Source of the DNA: Babesia bigemina
Taxonomy: Eukaryota
Direction of reading: 5' to 3'
NCBI RefSeq assembly: GCF_000981445.1
Contig: NC_027216.1
Coordinates: 2,170,001 to 2,234,000 of the forward strand
Length of the DNA stretch: 64,000 nucleotides
Within the stretch, counting starts at the first letter, position 1. Each line of letters opens with the position of its first letter. The position numbers were made by a program, and so were the translations under genes. Positions 35,462-46,623 of this stretch are shown here, one piece after another. A model generated the notes under the pieces. That model saw nothing but the letters and a program-made list of their open reading frames with translations. It had not been told where the DNA came from and searched no databases.

Positions 35462-35935
35462 TTAATAAGTTCTACTTAATCCGTTCATTTTGCGGGCACA
35501 GAAATCGCGGACATTGTGAAACGGCCGAATGCGAAAGATGCTCATAACGCATACAACTAAGAGGAGGATGATGAATACGATGATGCAAGGGATTACGGTG
35601 GCGGAGGCGTTATCATCTGTTATATCAACTTGACTGGCAATGATACGCTGTGTACTAGTGGAATGCTGTGTAGTGGAGGATGAGGCAGCTTGAGGGGAAG
35701 CGGAGGCGGGGCGTGTCCGCAGACAACATTGACATTCACACGTATTCTCCTTGCCTCTACATTGAGTTTTACACCCTGACGGGAGGCATTGCTTGCTCGT
35801 TCTCCGCTCCATGTTGAACGCCGCACATGTAACGCACGGTATAATACTGCTACATCTTTCACAACACCAGGGACAGCAACTACAGCCCCAGGACATATAA
35901 CAACTAGCTTCACAATAACACTGAAGTCCACTCAT
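35462..35935 (-). CDS. Cys-rich (18-Cys core) single-TM protein, member C
   Basis: CYCEASC..CSCCPWCCERC..CRGKENTCECQCC, TM IIVFIILLLVVCVMSIF, tail RIRPFHNVRDF. Confidence 0.85.
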   Translation of the reverse strand: MSGLQCYCEASCYMSWGCSCCPWCCERCSSIIPCVTCAAFNMERRTSKQCLPSGCKTQCRGKENTCECQCCLRTRPASASPQAASSSTTQHSTSTQRIIASQVDITDDNASATVIPCIIVFIILLLVVCVMSIFRIRPFHNVRDFCARKMNGLSRTY

Positions 35936-36520
35936 CTTCGCCTCTACCCCCTTCCCATCAACCTGTACAAGGATGAACCGCGTACCTCAGCCTCGGACAC
36001 TGACGGTCTCCTATCGGTTTCACCACCAACAGGGTGACTACCATCTAAAGCACCGCCAGTCACATGGCAACAATGCATATATCGCAACATCACCTTGTTT
36101 TAGTCAAAGCATCTTGATGGTATCCTAGCAGTGACATGCAGGTCAACCGCTACCAATGTTGCAGTCAACTCCAACTATCGAAGACTGTCCAACGTTGGCA
36201 GTGCCTAAGACTGCTGTAACATTTCTGTCATAATGAGTGCCTAACTGAACCACATTACTTAGATATCGTGTTTCTCATTTGCACTATTACCATCAATGTC
36301 ACAACCTCGCCATCCATTGGCCATCACGTCACAACCCAGTGGATCCTATTGCTGTCATCTCAACTAGTAATCCTGCAATTACACAATTACTCATCTAGCA
36401 TGGCACTCATAAGCTGCCTACTTTGGTGGCCAATTACCCAGCTTCGCAGTGAGATGACGTAGCCACCTCTCACAAGTATCCAACGTGACAACGCATTGAC
36501 GAAATTAAGGTTGACGTTAA

Positions 36521-36743
36521 GGTCACCACTTTGGTCATGGCATTGGTCACCACTTTGGTCATGGCATTGGTCACCACTTTGGCCGTGGCATTGGTCAGCA
36601 CGTTGGTCACCACGTTGGTCGTGGCATTGGTCACCACTTTGGCCGTGGCATTGGTCAGCACCTTGGTCAACACCTTGGTCAACACTTTGGTCAACACGTT
36701 GGTCAGCACCTTGATCACCACGTTGGTCAGCACATTGGTCAGG
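36521..36743. repeat. 12-bp minisatellite (TTGGTCANCACN-like, ~18 units)
   Basis: ttggtc/ttggcc recurs at a 12-bp period. Confidence 0.9.
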
Positions 36744-37015
36744 TGGTAGGTCACCTCACTGCTCATGTGATTTGCCATCAACGCAACCATTACGCTGTCT
36801 ACAACATTAGATGTCAGTTGCCAGTTAGGTGATCAGTGGAATTTGGATGACGATTTCAGCGCTAACAAATTGCTGAGTTTAGCTGTAGAACGCGATGCAG
36901 AAGGGTATCTTGCGTACGAGGAAATCGCGGATGTTGCGGCCCACCGGGAAGCGGAAGATGCACAGGTCGAGCAGGATGATGGCGACGATGATGGCAACGA
37001 TGACGGCGGCGATGG
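36735..37015. repeat. 281-bp direct duplication, copy 2
   Basis: Identical by eye to 24696-24976. Confidence 0.95.
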
Positions 37016-37427
37016 TTTCAGGAGAAATGGAGGGACCTGGAGAGACATCTGTATCAGAGTTCTCAGCGTCAGTTTTTTCAGTGGGAAGATCGGACGACAG
37101 CGCTTGACTGTCTGACTGAGACTGAAGACCGGTGGAAGAAAGCGAGAGCTGTGCAGCGGCGGGACTGCACTGGCCGAGTTGCTGTGAACATCTTTTCTTA
37201 CAACATGTACATTGACATGTTTTCTCTTTGTTCTTACATTGTTCTCCACATCTTGATTCATCGCAGACGTAAGGATGCTTACTTGAGCCTCTTCTGCGCA
37301 GTTCGGAATATCCCCAACATGCACCGCAATAGCTATCCGTACATATTTTACAACACCACGGACAACAATAACAATTAGGATATATACAATTCGTGCCACA
37401 CGCACACCGCTGCCCATAACCGCTCAT
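36879..37427 (-). CDS. Cys-rich (18-Cys core) single-TM protein, member D
   Basis: CACGTNC..CYCCPWCCKIC..CQCTCC, TM IAAVIVAIIVAIILLDLCIF, tail RFPVGRNIRDFLVRKIPFCIAFYS. Confidence 0.85.
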   Translation of the reverse strand: MSGYGQRCACGTNCIYPNCYCCPWCCKICTDSYCGACWGYSELRRRGSSKHPYVCDESRCGEQCKNKEKTCQCTCCKKRCSQQLGQCSPAAAQLSLSSTGLQSQSDSQALSSDLPTEKTDAENSDTDVSPGPSISPETIAAVIVAIIVAIILLDLCIFRFPVGRNIRDFLVRKIPFCIAFYS

Positions 37428-37740
37428 CTTCCCCTCCCCGTCCACTCAACCTGCAGACATATCAATCACCTAGCAACGCACTCACCAACTGCAACACGTA
37501 CCACTGCCGCGCCCAGTCCCCTCAACCTGCAAACATATCAATCACTTAACCAACGCACTCACCAACCACAACACGTACCACTGCCGCTACCAGTCCCCTC
37601 AACCTGCGAACACATCAATCACCTAGCAACGCACTCACCAACTGCAACACGCACCACTGCCGCGCTCAGTCCCCTCAACCTGCGAACATATCAATCACCT
37701 AAGCAGCACTCATCAACCTCTCATGAACACGCAACCTTAC
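37428..37740 (-). repeat. 76-77-bp tandem units forming putative 5'-UTR introns (37451-37485, 37527-37562, 37604-37638, 37680-~37740) and 41-nt exons
   Basis: Same unit as 25581-25800. The fourth donor is mutated to ATGAGT, with an alternative GTAAG at 37740. Confidence 0.8.
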
Positions 37741-38893
37741 CGCTGTAATCGCCAACCCGTTCCTGCAGGGTTACGCCATCGATACTTGTATGCCGGCATC
37801 TATACCACAGCCGCGTGTCATGCAGTACAGAGATACCAGTCCCATAGGGGGGGTATATGTAGACTGCTTACCTTGCCTCACATATACCTAAGTAAATGTA
37901 TTGCAGGTTCTTAGACCGCAAAAAGATTGGGCGAGCTGTTTTAATCACTGCCCATGTTGCATTCGTGATGGATCATTAAAATGATTGCGATGCTGCTGAA
38001 TTATTGGCCCCACCTGTCATCCGGCACGCATATTATGCTACCCAAAAAACGGCGTCTCACTTCAGTCGGCTATTTAGTTTTCCCAACTTAAAAATGATGG
38101 AAATACTATCCATAGCGTCTCACATAAAGTTTTGTTGTTAATACCGTATCACTCAATGTTACAATGAGTTGCAAATCCCAACCGTAATGGTGTCGAACCC
38201 CCTGTTGAACTGAGATTTCCCGAAAGCTGTTCACCTGCTTCGGCGACTCGCCACTTCGCAACATGTTTACCATCGTGTTACGAATTAACATCTCAATATA
38301 AAAATTTCGAGATTTTGTTGTTGCCCATCCCATCAATCTGTGGGCTGTCACTGAGTTGGGTAACACCTATACAGTTGCGGTTTGCATTTACCAATGTGAC
38401 TTACTGCAACATTACATAGCAGCTTATATAGTCTACCGTGAGCACATGACGATGAGTTAAGGCAGTAGGCGTGTGTTTCGCAACCCCTTGTTCGACACGG
38501 CCAAATACCGAATGGTGGTCGCTCATCAATATCGGTGAAATAAGTGTCGTTTATCGCTAATCACCAGGTATTACTTATTGCTACGTATTAGGGGCGTTGT
38601 CAGTGTTTGGAAGTGTGACCATACGTGGAAATGGTGGCAGCCCACCTTCCCACTGTATACAGGAGTAACTGTATAACGAAGAAGTGAGACGTATTTTCAT
38701 TTCAATCTACTAACCAGGCATTATGTTTTACACAGAAGTTATAAAGACTAAAACGTGCTATTGGATATGCAACCACAGTAATTTCAACAAAAACCTATGA
38801 TACCACTGGAGACACAAACTAACGTAACGACCAACATGAACTGACAATTAAAGTGTGTCATTGCCAAACGTATCACCGCATTGCAGCCAGTTA

Positions 38894-41761
38894 TTATTTG
38901 GAGTAGTAGTGCTTAATCTGGATGGTGGATAGGACGACACCCTTGATGGTTACGCATTGGCATTCTAAGGGCGGTGTCATGCGCAGAGTCTCCCCGCGCC
39001 CTATACGAGAACCGTCGAACTCCAGCGTGACAAAGTGATTAGTCCGAGACGCTACCAAAGATTGGCTGATGTCGCTAAGGTACTTAACTTTTCCGTCCAC
39101 TAACACTTGGTTGAAGCAACCGGGTGGGTACAGGACGTATGGTGCTGGGCAGTAGAAAGCCGCCTCACCGGAAGCCTGAAGGTCTATCTTGCAACCTACT
39201 TCTCGTCCGTTTGCATCGTAGAGTTTGCGTGTCTCAGGCTTGAACAACTCAGTGGACTCGTAGGTAACGCCGCAGCCTTGCATGTACGGGTCAGTGGTTT
39301 TGACCTTAATTTTAATGACATTCCAGGTGTATCCCATTGAAGTCCAGCTGGCATGATGGATGGGCTCAGAGGGCGCTTTTGAGGTGGATGGTTTGCCAAT
39401 GATGTCTGACAAATCCGATGCTTCGGGCCTCTTACCGCACACGAATATTACAGGCACATATTGCGTGTTCGTTATATCCTTCGATATGATAATGCCCTCC
39501 TTGCTCGTTTTCACCGTTAATTTTTCATTTCCATTGCGGTCGTACATGTCATCGTATACGACTTTCAAGGCACCTGGAGTAGTAGCAAATGATTCGTTGT
39601 ACTTCTTACGTACCAACTCGTATCCATATGGCATCTCATTTGCGCTATAATAGAATAAATGGTGCTCCGTAGGAAACCATGCCGTTTGGATCCGCCGATA
39701 ATTCGCAAAAACCTGCACATCGGGATCACAACCCATGTATAATGATGTACCAATGTCCAGGATAATTGACTTTTGTGACACGTTGTGTAAGACTAGATGT
39801 TCTGGTGGTGTGAATCCTTCACTTACTAGTCCAACTTCACTCCAAGGCAGCGTAAAGTACGGATGCAACGTGAGTGGTTCATTATTGCGGCTTACTTTGT
39901 ACGTACGTTCTTTTTTGTCATTGAACTGTAAGACGATCCTGGCAGTTTCTTTTCCATGTTTGTCTACGCAGACGCAACCATAACTGACAGGGCGCGTTCC
40001 GGTAAAACTAATTAGGAACGCTTGGAATCCTCGAATGGGGCTAACCGCTGTTTTTCGAAAATATTGAGGAAGCGGCACAATACTATTGGAATCGAGATCG
40101 TACATCGTAGAATCACAATTACTTGGCATCAGAATGTCGTCTGATCCGCAGTTAATACCAACCGATGAACCATTAAAGTACTCACTGTAAGAACACTCGT
40201 ACGTTTTGCCTATACCATTGCCCACAGTCCTGAAAGAGCAGTGCGGTGCGCTTTTCTCTGGGTTAAAAAGACCTGGAGTAGATCGATCGCAACCGGCAAT
40301 ATCATATTTATGAGTGAAAGCAAAGGAGACATTGATAATGGCGCGTATTTTAGTCGGATTCATCGCATTCCTAGATATCATAGTCCAATGATAAAAAAAG
40401 GAATTGTGTCCATTTCGTATGGTGAGAGGTTTGCCCGCGTTATATTTCAGCGTCACCTCCCCTCTCTCCATCTGGGAAACATCCAACTCAAGGGCGTCAC
40501 CAGCAAGAGCCCTGTGATATGAAACTTCTTCATACGTTTCCAGGTCATAATAATTCGTTTGTTGCCTCAGCGTAATCAAGTCTTCCGGCTGGAATTCACT
40601 TTCGTAGTCACGGACATATGGCAGTGTAGAAAATGGTACCCTTGGAGCATATTCATCATCACTTCCGTCGGAATCCTTGTCGGCAGATACAGAATTCACA
40701 AACCGTGGTGGAAACCTTATGGTTAACGTGCTGCCTGGGTGGAGTACCACCGAACACCAATGTCCACGGATGTGGCGGAATTGGTCACGCATGATCATGC
40801 TAGCAATGTCGCAAACGTATTCTTTTTTCGTACGTATTATCAATTTGGCCTTCACCTTTTGTCCTACGTAATGCATACATCGGCATTCGCCATCGATGGG
40901 TGGTAAGGCTAAACCAGAGAAGTATTTCGCTATCACCCAAGGCGACTTTCTCTTAAAGCGGCTGTACAAATGTGGCAGAGGAGCCTCTCCCATTGTGCCA
41001 TTTTTATCTATGAGTAATTTCATGCATTTGCTTGGTACAACAACGTCGTCGCATACAAACCCTATACGAGATTCTGACATAGGATCTACCACGCACGAAC
41101 GGGTTCCGGTTACGGGGTCTACAATCACCTCATTGCCCGCAGCAAACAATGGTGAGTCACGGGTGCCACAACCCTGGAAGGGTTGATACTCACGACCTCT
41201 GTACAAGAAGAATACACCCAGACCTTGCCCTATCTTCTTCACCTCCTGATTCAATGGCGTTTCTGCGGTCCAAGGAACTTTTTGGATTCCGCGGGTATAT
41301 TTAAGGCGGCCCAGGAGACGTTGCAATGTATCACTCAAAACCAAATTTCGCGGTCCACAGATGAATATCAAACGGTGCTCAGTAATGGCGACTAATTCAT
41401 CGATTGGGATGATATCCAACGTCTTTCCGCTCAAGGCAGATACCGCAAATATGAGCGATTTCGTGGCCTCCGATTTGATTACCTCCGAAATAGGAAATGA
41501 ACGAAAATTATCGCTTTCACTCACGTATGTGTTGAGCTGAGTGGGATCGTCGTCACTTGGCTTAGGATGCCAAACATAATCAGTGTCGTTTACTTCGTGT
41601 GGGCATACCACACTTGCGTTAATGTCATCGTTCAAATGCACATGGCAGATAACTACGGCATTGGTGATGAGCGAATTTTCTGGACGTCCGAAATCGCACC
41701 AAAAATCATCACCTATGACAGGAGGTAGCAATAAGGCGCAAATTGCCCAGAGATATTTCAT
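38894..41761 (-). CDS. 6-Cys (s48/45)-domain family secreted protein
   Basis: Signal peptide MKYLWAICALLLPPVIG. Repeated GC....F...C......G/A.YCP....P..C...C.C patterns (e.g. QGCG...GCKIDL...FYCPAPYVLYPPGCF...ECQC). No C-terminal hydrophobic anchor. Confidence 0.75.
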   Translation of the reverse strand: MKYLWAICALLLPPVIGDDFWCDFGRPENSLITNAVVICHVHLNDDINASVVCPHEVNDTDYVWHPKPSDDDPTQLNTYVSESDNFRSFPISEVIKSEATKSLIFAVSALSGKTLDIIPIDELVAITEHRLIFICGPRNLVLSDTLQRLLGRLKYTRGIQKVPWTAETPLNQEVKKIGQGLGVFFLYRGREYQPFQGCGTRDSPLFAAGNEVIVDPVTGTRSCVVDPMSESRIGFVCDDVVVPSKCMKLLIDKNGTMGEAPLPHLYSRFKRKSPWVIAKYFSGLALPPIDGECRCMHYVGQKVKAKLIIRTKKEYVCDIASMIMRDQFRHIRGHWCSVVLHPGSTLTIRFPPRFVNSVSADKDSDGSDDEYAPRVPFSTLPYVRDYESEFQPEDLITLRQQTNYYDLETYEEVSYHRALAGDALELDVSQMERGEVTLKYNAGKPLTIRNGHNSFFYHWTMISRNAMNPTKIRAIINVSFAFTHKYDIAGCDRSTPGLFNPEKSAPHCSFRTVGNGIGKTYECSYSEYFNGSSVGINCGSDDILMPSNCDSTMYDLDSNSIVPLPQYFRKTAVSPIRGFQAFLISFTGTRPVSYGCVCVDKHGKETARIVLQFNDKKERTYKVSRNNEPLTLHPYFTLPWSEVGLVSEGFTPPEHLVLHNVSQKSIILDIGTSLYMGCDPDVQVFANYRRIQTAWFPTEHHLFYYSANEMPYGYELVRKKYNESFATTPGALKVVYDDMYDRNGNEKLTVKTSKEGIIISKDITNTQYVPVIFVCGKRPEASDLSDIIGKPSTSKAPSEPIHHASWTSMGYTWNVIKIKVKTTDPYMQGCGVTYESTELFKPETRKLYDANGREVGCKIDLQASGEAAFYCPAPYVLYPPGCFNQVLVDGKVKYLSDISQSLVASRTNHFVTLEFDGSRIGRGETLRMTPPLECQCVTIKGVVLSTIQIKHYYSK

Positions 41762-43076
41762 GACTGTGGAATAGGCTATGACTATCGGTTTTTCAAGTCG
41801 TCTTATGGTCTTTATCAATTGTGCTGGTAAGAATCGGCTTCTAGCTGACGTGGGGTTTGTGAATAGGTGGAATACAAAATATTTTAATATGTGATTAATT
41901 ATTGGTTGGAATATGGCTGTCGACGGATGGCCCCATTGCAGCTTCCAGACAGCATGTCGTCAATGAAATTTCACGAAAAAAAATTATACGGGAAAATTCC
42001 ACGCTCTAAACTAGCCAACTACATATGCAAAATTATATTTGAACATCTATGAACGTTTATATTCGCTTCAACAGAATAACAAAAAATATGTATCAAGGCG
42101 TTGTTGGCGAACTTGCCGAGGAATATCCACCATAATGCCTTTTGAGCACGACCTTTCCGACGCACTATGTGGAAATTGTAAGCGCTATTGTGGAGATCGA
42201 TGTTACCATAGACGAATACTTGGTTGAGATGAGACGTACGACCTGAACAGTTTGCGATGCAAATAATCAATGAACCAATAGGTCTGTTTTATTTATGTCC
42301 GAAATGAGAGCGCCAAGTGCTGCTTCATGCAGTAAGCATATAATGCATTGGTGAAGTGAGCTCTTAGAAGTCACGTACAACTGCAGGACCGTACGTGCTC
42401 ATAGGTCATGATCATGATGAAACCGCCAAATATTTTCGTTTGTTTAGCCTGCTAACTGACAATGCATATTCTGATAGCTCACCAACTATAATACGCAATA
42501 TTTGTAGACTGAATCATTTGATTTCCCCCTAGAGTTCTAATCTGAATTGTTGTGAACTAAAGCCCTATCCATTGTTCCCAGGATCAACGGTGAACTCGAA
42601 TTGCCACAGAACCTGCTGCTTATTCCTCGTGAAGGGAAAAAATAAATTATAACAGCTTCCGTTCGCGGAGGTTGACTCATGGTGGTTCTGCATCTGTGGC
42701 TCCAAGGGCATGTTAAGCTCGCTTGGTCACCACGGATGGGATAGTGCTAGCCATTAATTTATTTTTTATAGCTCGTTCACCAATTATAAGATTTCCGTTT
42801 TAATTGAGTACTGCAGACGCATGTAGTACCGGATTTGATTCAGGTAGGAGATATTGAAGCTTGTTAGACCATTTGCGACATATTTCGCATATTGGAAAAG
42901 CTGTTTGCTCTCGGATGTCATCTTGGTCAAGCTTACAGTTGCGGTGTTGGAACTCTGCAGGTGTCTATATGTGATGGCACATTATATTACATCGAGCAGT
43001 ATGCGAGCCGGATTATGAGTCCGTAACCTCTTTTCGTCGGCTGTTCATTCGCGATGCGCACAACGTCGGTGATGCA

Positions 43077-45150
43077 ATGGCTAACCCATGCGCAAGCAAA
43101 ACTGCGCGTGGTGATGGAAGATGTACACGGAGCCTGCCAGCCTTGGAAGGCTTGTCGTACGACAGCGAGCGGCGTCGCTGGTGTGTCAAGGTCCCGCCGG
43201 CAATCTGTCCTTCCGGAGGAACTTTCTACTTCAGCACCTCGGGCAACGACACAACCAACGTGTGGCTATCGGCGTTGTACCATTGGGGTCGTTTGATTGT
43301 GTGTCATTTGCGTAGCAAGGATGCGGAGTGCCCGTGCGGAGTGTGTAGGAGTGCATTCGAAAAGCCGTGTGTGTCGGAGAAGCTTTCGGTGTTCGACTTT
43401 ACCGAATTTTTCGCGGAAGGCGTAGACGCGACGTCGGTTGTGCCTTCTGCCCGCGCTACCGTAGGTTCGGCAGCTTTAACGGGTAATTGGGTAAACGCCT
43501 CGTCTGCAACATGCGGATGCTGGAACCGTAATGAGGCGTTGATTCCTCCAGACAACTTGTTAAATATTGAAAACACGAGAAGGTATGAGGATAGTCTGCC
43601 CCCCGGTTCTATTTTCTTCGATGACAGCGTGAGTGGGTCGTTGTCTAGCGCCCACCGCGACACACCCCGCGGCGTCGGATTCTCGGGCAGCAACTCTTGC
43701 GGCGGTTTTAATGCGTTGGCAAGCATCGGCGATGGTCGACTAAAGAGTTTCCCTCCAGAGTTACGTGTTGGTGAACCGACAGATCATTTGTCGAGATGTC
43801 CACTTGCTCACCATCATGGCTTCACTCACTCGACACGTTCTCAAAAAAGGTCATCTAGCAGCGGTATTTCCCCCGTACCAGACTTCTCGACTGCAGGTGG
43901 AGCTATCCTGGCGTCCGCCAAGGATAGATTATCACTTACCACCATGCATGTCGAATCGTCGTGCTTGCCGCGAGCCGACAGCTGCCATTCAGCACCAGTC
44001 CTTCATGCGTCATGTGCCGATGCACTAGCAGCATCACATTTCGCTAATCGCTACCACGATTTGCAGACGCAATGTTGCACCGGCGCATGCAGTGCACACC
44101 TGCCTGCCGGGCGTGACTACGATAATCTACGCTACCTTTCCCTGCTTGCGGGCCACACAAGGTACGGTAGTTTGCGCAAGGCACCGCAGTTAAAGACTGA
44201 ACGGTTTGATTTGCTGCATCTTCATCATCACCATCCGAGGCGCAAAAATAGGCCCGAGCGGACGGGAGAAGCCTCGGCAGCGCATTGTCGGCCAACAGGC
44301 GGTCTGACTCTGGATTACATCACCCAGCTCAGCTCGCAAGCCATTCCATCCAGATCAGATATTTACCGCGCAGGAGGCGTCGATCGGGGGGAGGGCTACA
44401 CCGCCCACCAGGACGATAACGCCGGGAGCAGCCGCGTGGAGAGCGCATCGGGCTGCTCTTCGGCTGTCTCAACGCGGCGGTCAACCGAGTCTAAGTCACA
44501 GGAAACCGCAGATCACCTTTCCGACAACGCTGTCAGAGAGCCGAGTTCGTCCGCCGACTTCGACTGCTGCGATGAGTACTCCTCGATGACCGACGACTCG
44601 CTGGGAGACAGCACCCGCAAACCTCGGCGCCGCGGCAGGCCACGCTCTAATGTCGCCAGCAACATTTCTGACATGGCTGAATCCCTGCGACCCTGGCATC
44701 GAGGTTGGTGATTTGACATTTGCTTGTGTTGACATGACTATAGAAGTTTTCTGGGTACCGAGCATCTCCCGTTGGCGCACGTCGTTCACCGACGAGGCTG
44801 GCACCCGCCACACGAAGACATTCACGCCTTCTGTTTTCGGCGGCGTGAAGGAGGCATACGACGCTGCTGTTAAATACAAGCAGGCGGTTGACCAGATCTG
44901 CGAGGCTAGCGGCATGCCGGAGTCGCGGCGCATTTCACTTAAGCGGGACATAGAGATGTCACTTAAGCGCAAGAGGCTGCCCCGAAATTGCACCGTGGAC
45001 ATCTTTTCTCATTTCGAAAACAACCCGAGTAGCGCTGACGACACCACGGCCCCTGCCCAGTCGGCCCAGGATATGGCATCCAGCAACAGCTCCTCCTCGT
45101 CGGGTCAGCAGAAAGCCACATGCCCTCCAGCCAGTGATGCACCCACGTAG
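43077..45150 (+). CDS. ApiAP2 transcription factor (intron ~44703-44743)
   Basis: Spliced C-terminal AP2 domain WHREVFWVPSISRWRTSF...HTKTFTPSVFGGVKEAYDAA. N-terminal AP2-like LEGLSYDSERRRWCV. An RRRGRPR AT-hook-like motif. Confidence 0.85.
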
Positions 45151-45305
45151 AACGCCGATGCGTTGTCCGATCCCATTTCGTGCAACCTGCAGAAGTGAGG
45201 TGTGAGGAAGGCTGGTGCCATGTTGCACTTTGATGTGTTGTTTCTTGCCGCAAGCAGACACGTATGGCTATAATACTGACGATGTATTGAAATATTAAAT
45301 TAGCA

Positions 45306-46272
45306 ATGACTTTCACGTTGACCACGTCGCACGCCGCTCGTAAATTCGCCGAGCGTTTGATGCAGGAGGTCCCCAATCGCGACAGTAGCAGCGCGTCGTG
45401 CGCCGATAAGGTGGTTTGCATACACATTCGACCTTTAATTCATCAAAGGGTGCCCACGATCACGGCAAAGAATGCGCTGGGTCAGCTATGCACGCCTGTG
45501 GACATGACCTGTCCAAGGTAGGCGTCGTCTTGCTTCGCACTGACCTTCGCAGGAACGCGAACTTTTCGAGCGCAGCCTGCCGGACAAATACCGCGCATGT
45601 ACAATGTAGGTCGGAATCGCCTCATGAGCATCGCTTTTAGGTTTCGCGAGGAGGCGAAGGCTGCATTCACGTCGCAGCAATACAAGCTCGCCGAGAAGTT
45701 CTACGAGAAGGTGCGACCTTCTGACATATATTGCACGTTATTGCTCAGATTCTGATCCAGCTGGACTACACATTTGCCGATGATGCGGATTGGAAGGCGA
45801 AATTTCGGGAGATGGAGCTGTCTACACACGTCAATCTCGCGCTGACCAAGTTCCGCCTCCAGGAATTCCGGAAAGCGATATACCACTGCAAGATGGTGTG
45901 TACCAGTATTGTGTATGAGTGAACAGTGCCTGCAGGCTCTATTCGTGGACCCAACGAACGTTAAGGCGCTCGTGCGCCGCGGATTGTGCTACATGTCGCT
46001 GTGTTCCTACGATGAGGCTGAGAAGGTGTGTGTACGAGCATGGGGAATCATGTACACGCAGGACTTCCTGAAAGCGCTTGAGATAGACAGTGAGTGCGCC
46101 ACTGCGCGTTCGCAGCTTTCTTTAATAGGCAAGCGGGTGAGTGTTTTGCTCGTGCTTTTGGCATATTTATCAGCGAGCCGCCGGCCAAAAAAGTGAGCGT
46201 CTCGTTTGCTCCGCCATGTTTTCCGCAAACAAAGCGTCCAGTTCCAATGCCAGTGGCGGGGAAGGCTCTTAA
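45306..46272 (+). CDS. TPR-repeat protein (immunophilin/co-chaperone-type TPR), multi-exon
   Basis: HVNLALTKFRLQEFRKAIYHC / ALFVDPTNVKALVRRGLCY / DFLKALEID. Confidence 0.8.
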
Positions 46273-46623
46273 TTTGCGTAGCTGGGCCACGCGGTCAGCC
46301 TAAGAGCACGGTGCCGCCGTACGATCCAGCAGCACTTCAAGCGAAGATATAACGCTGGCTTGTATCATTAGTTCACAGTAACGCATAAGTGTATTCCAAC
46401 GGCGTTGATGGAGCCGGCGCTATTGTGCTTGCGTCCCCATCGCTACGGCTCGCTCCTCTATCCGACCCCTGTAGGCTGCGGCTGCCATTCTGCTTTTGGC
46501 ATAATTTGAGCCTTGATTTGTTGAGGTGTGTAGTAGGCGTTATTGTACGTCAGCTTTGCGCTAATAAGGCGTGGCGTTTTGCGCTGTGTGTCGCCCCGGA
46601 TACAGCTCATTACTGCCCTAAAA

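Noticed and set aside
36470..36790. Repetitive ORFs (TNVL/VTTL) on both strands
   Set aside because: A by-product of a stop-free 12-bp minisatellite, with no other coding evidence.
37428..37740. CRISPR-like regular spacing
   Set aside because: The spacers are also repeated, the host is a eukaryote and there are no cas genes. An exon-intron tandem repeat explains it better.
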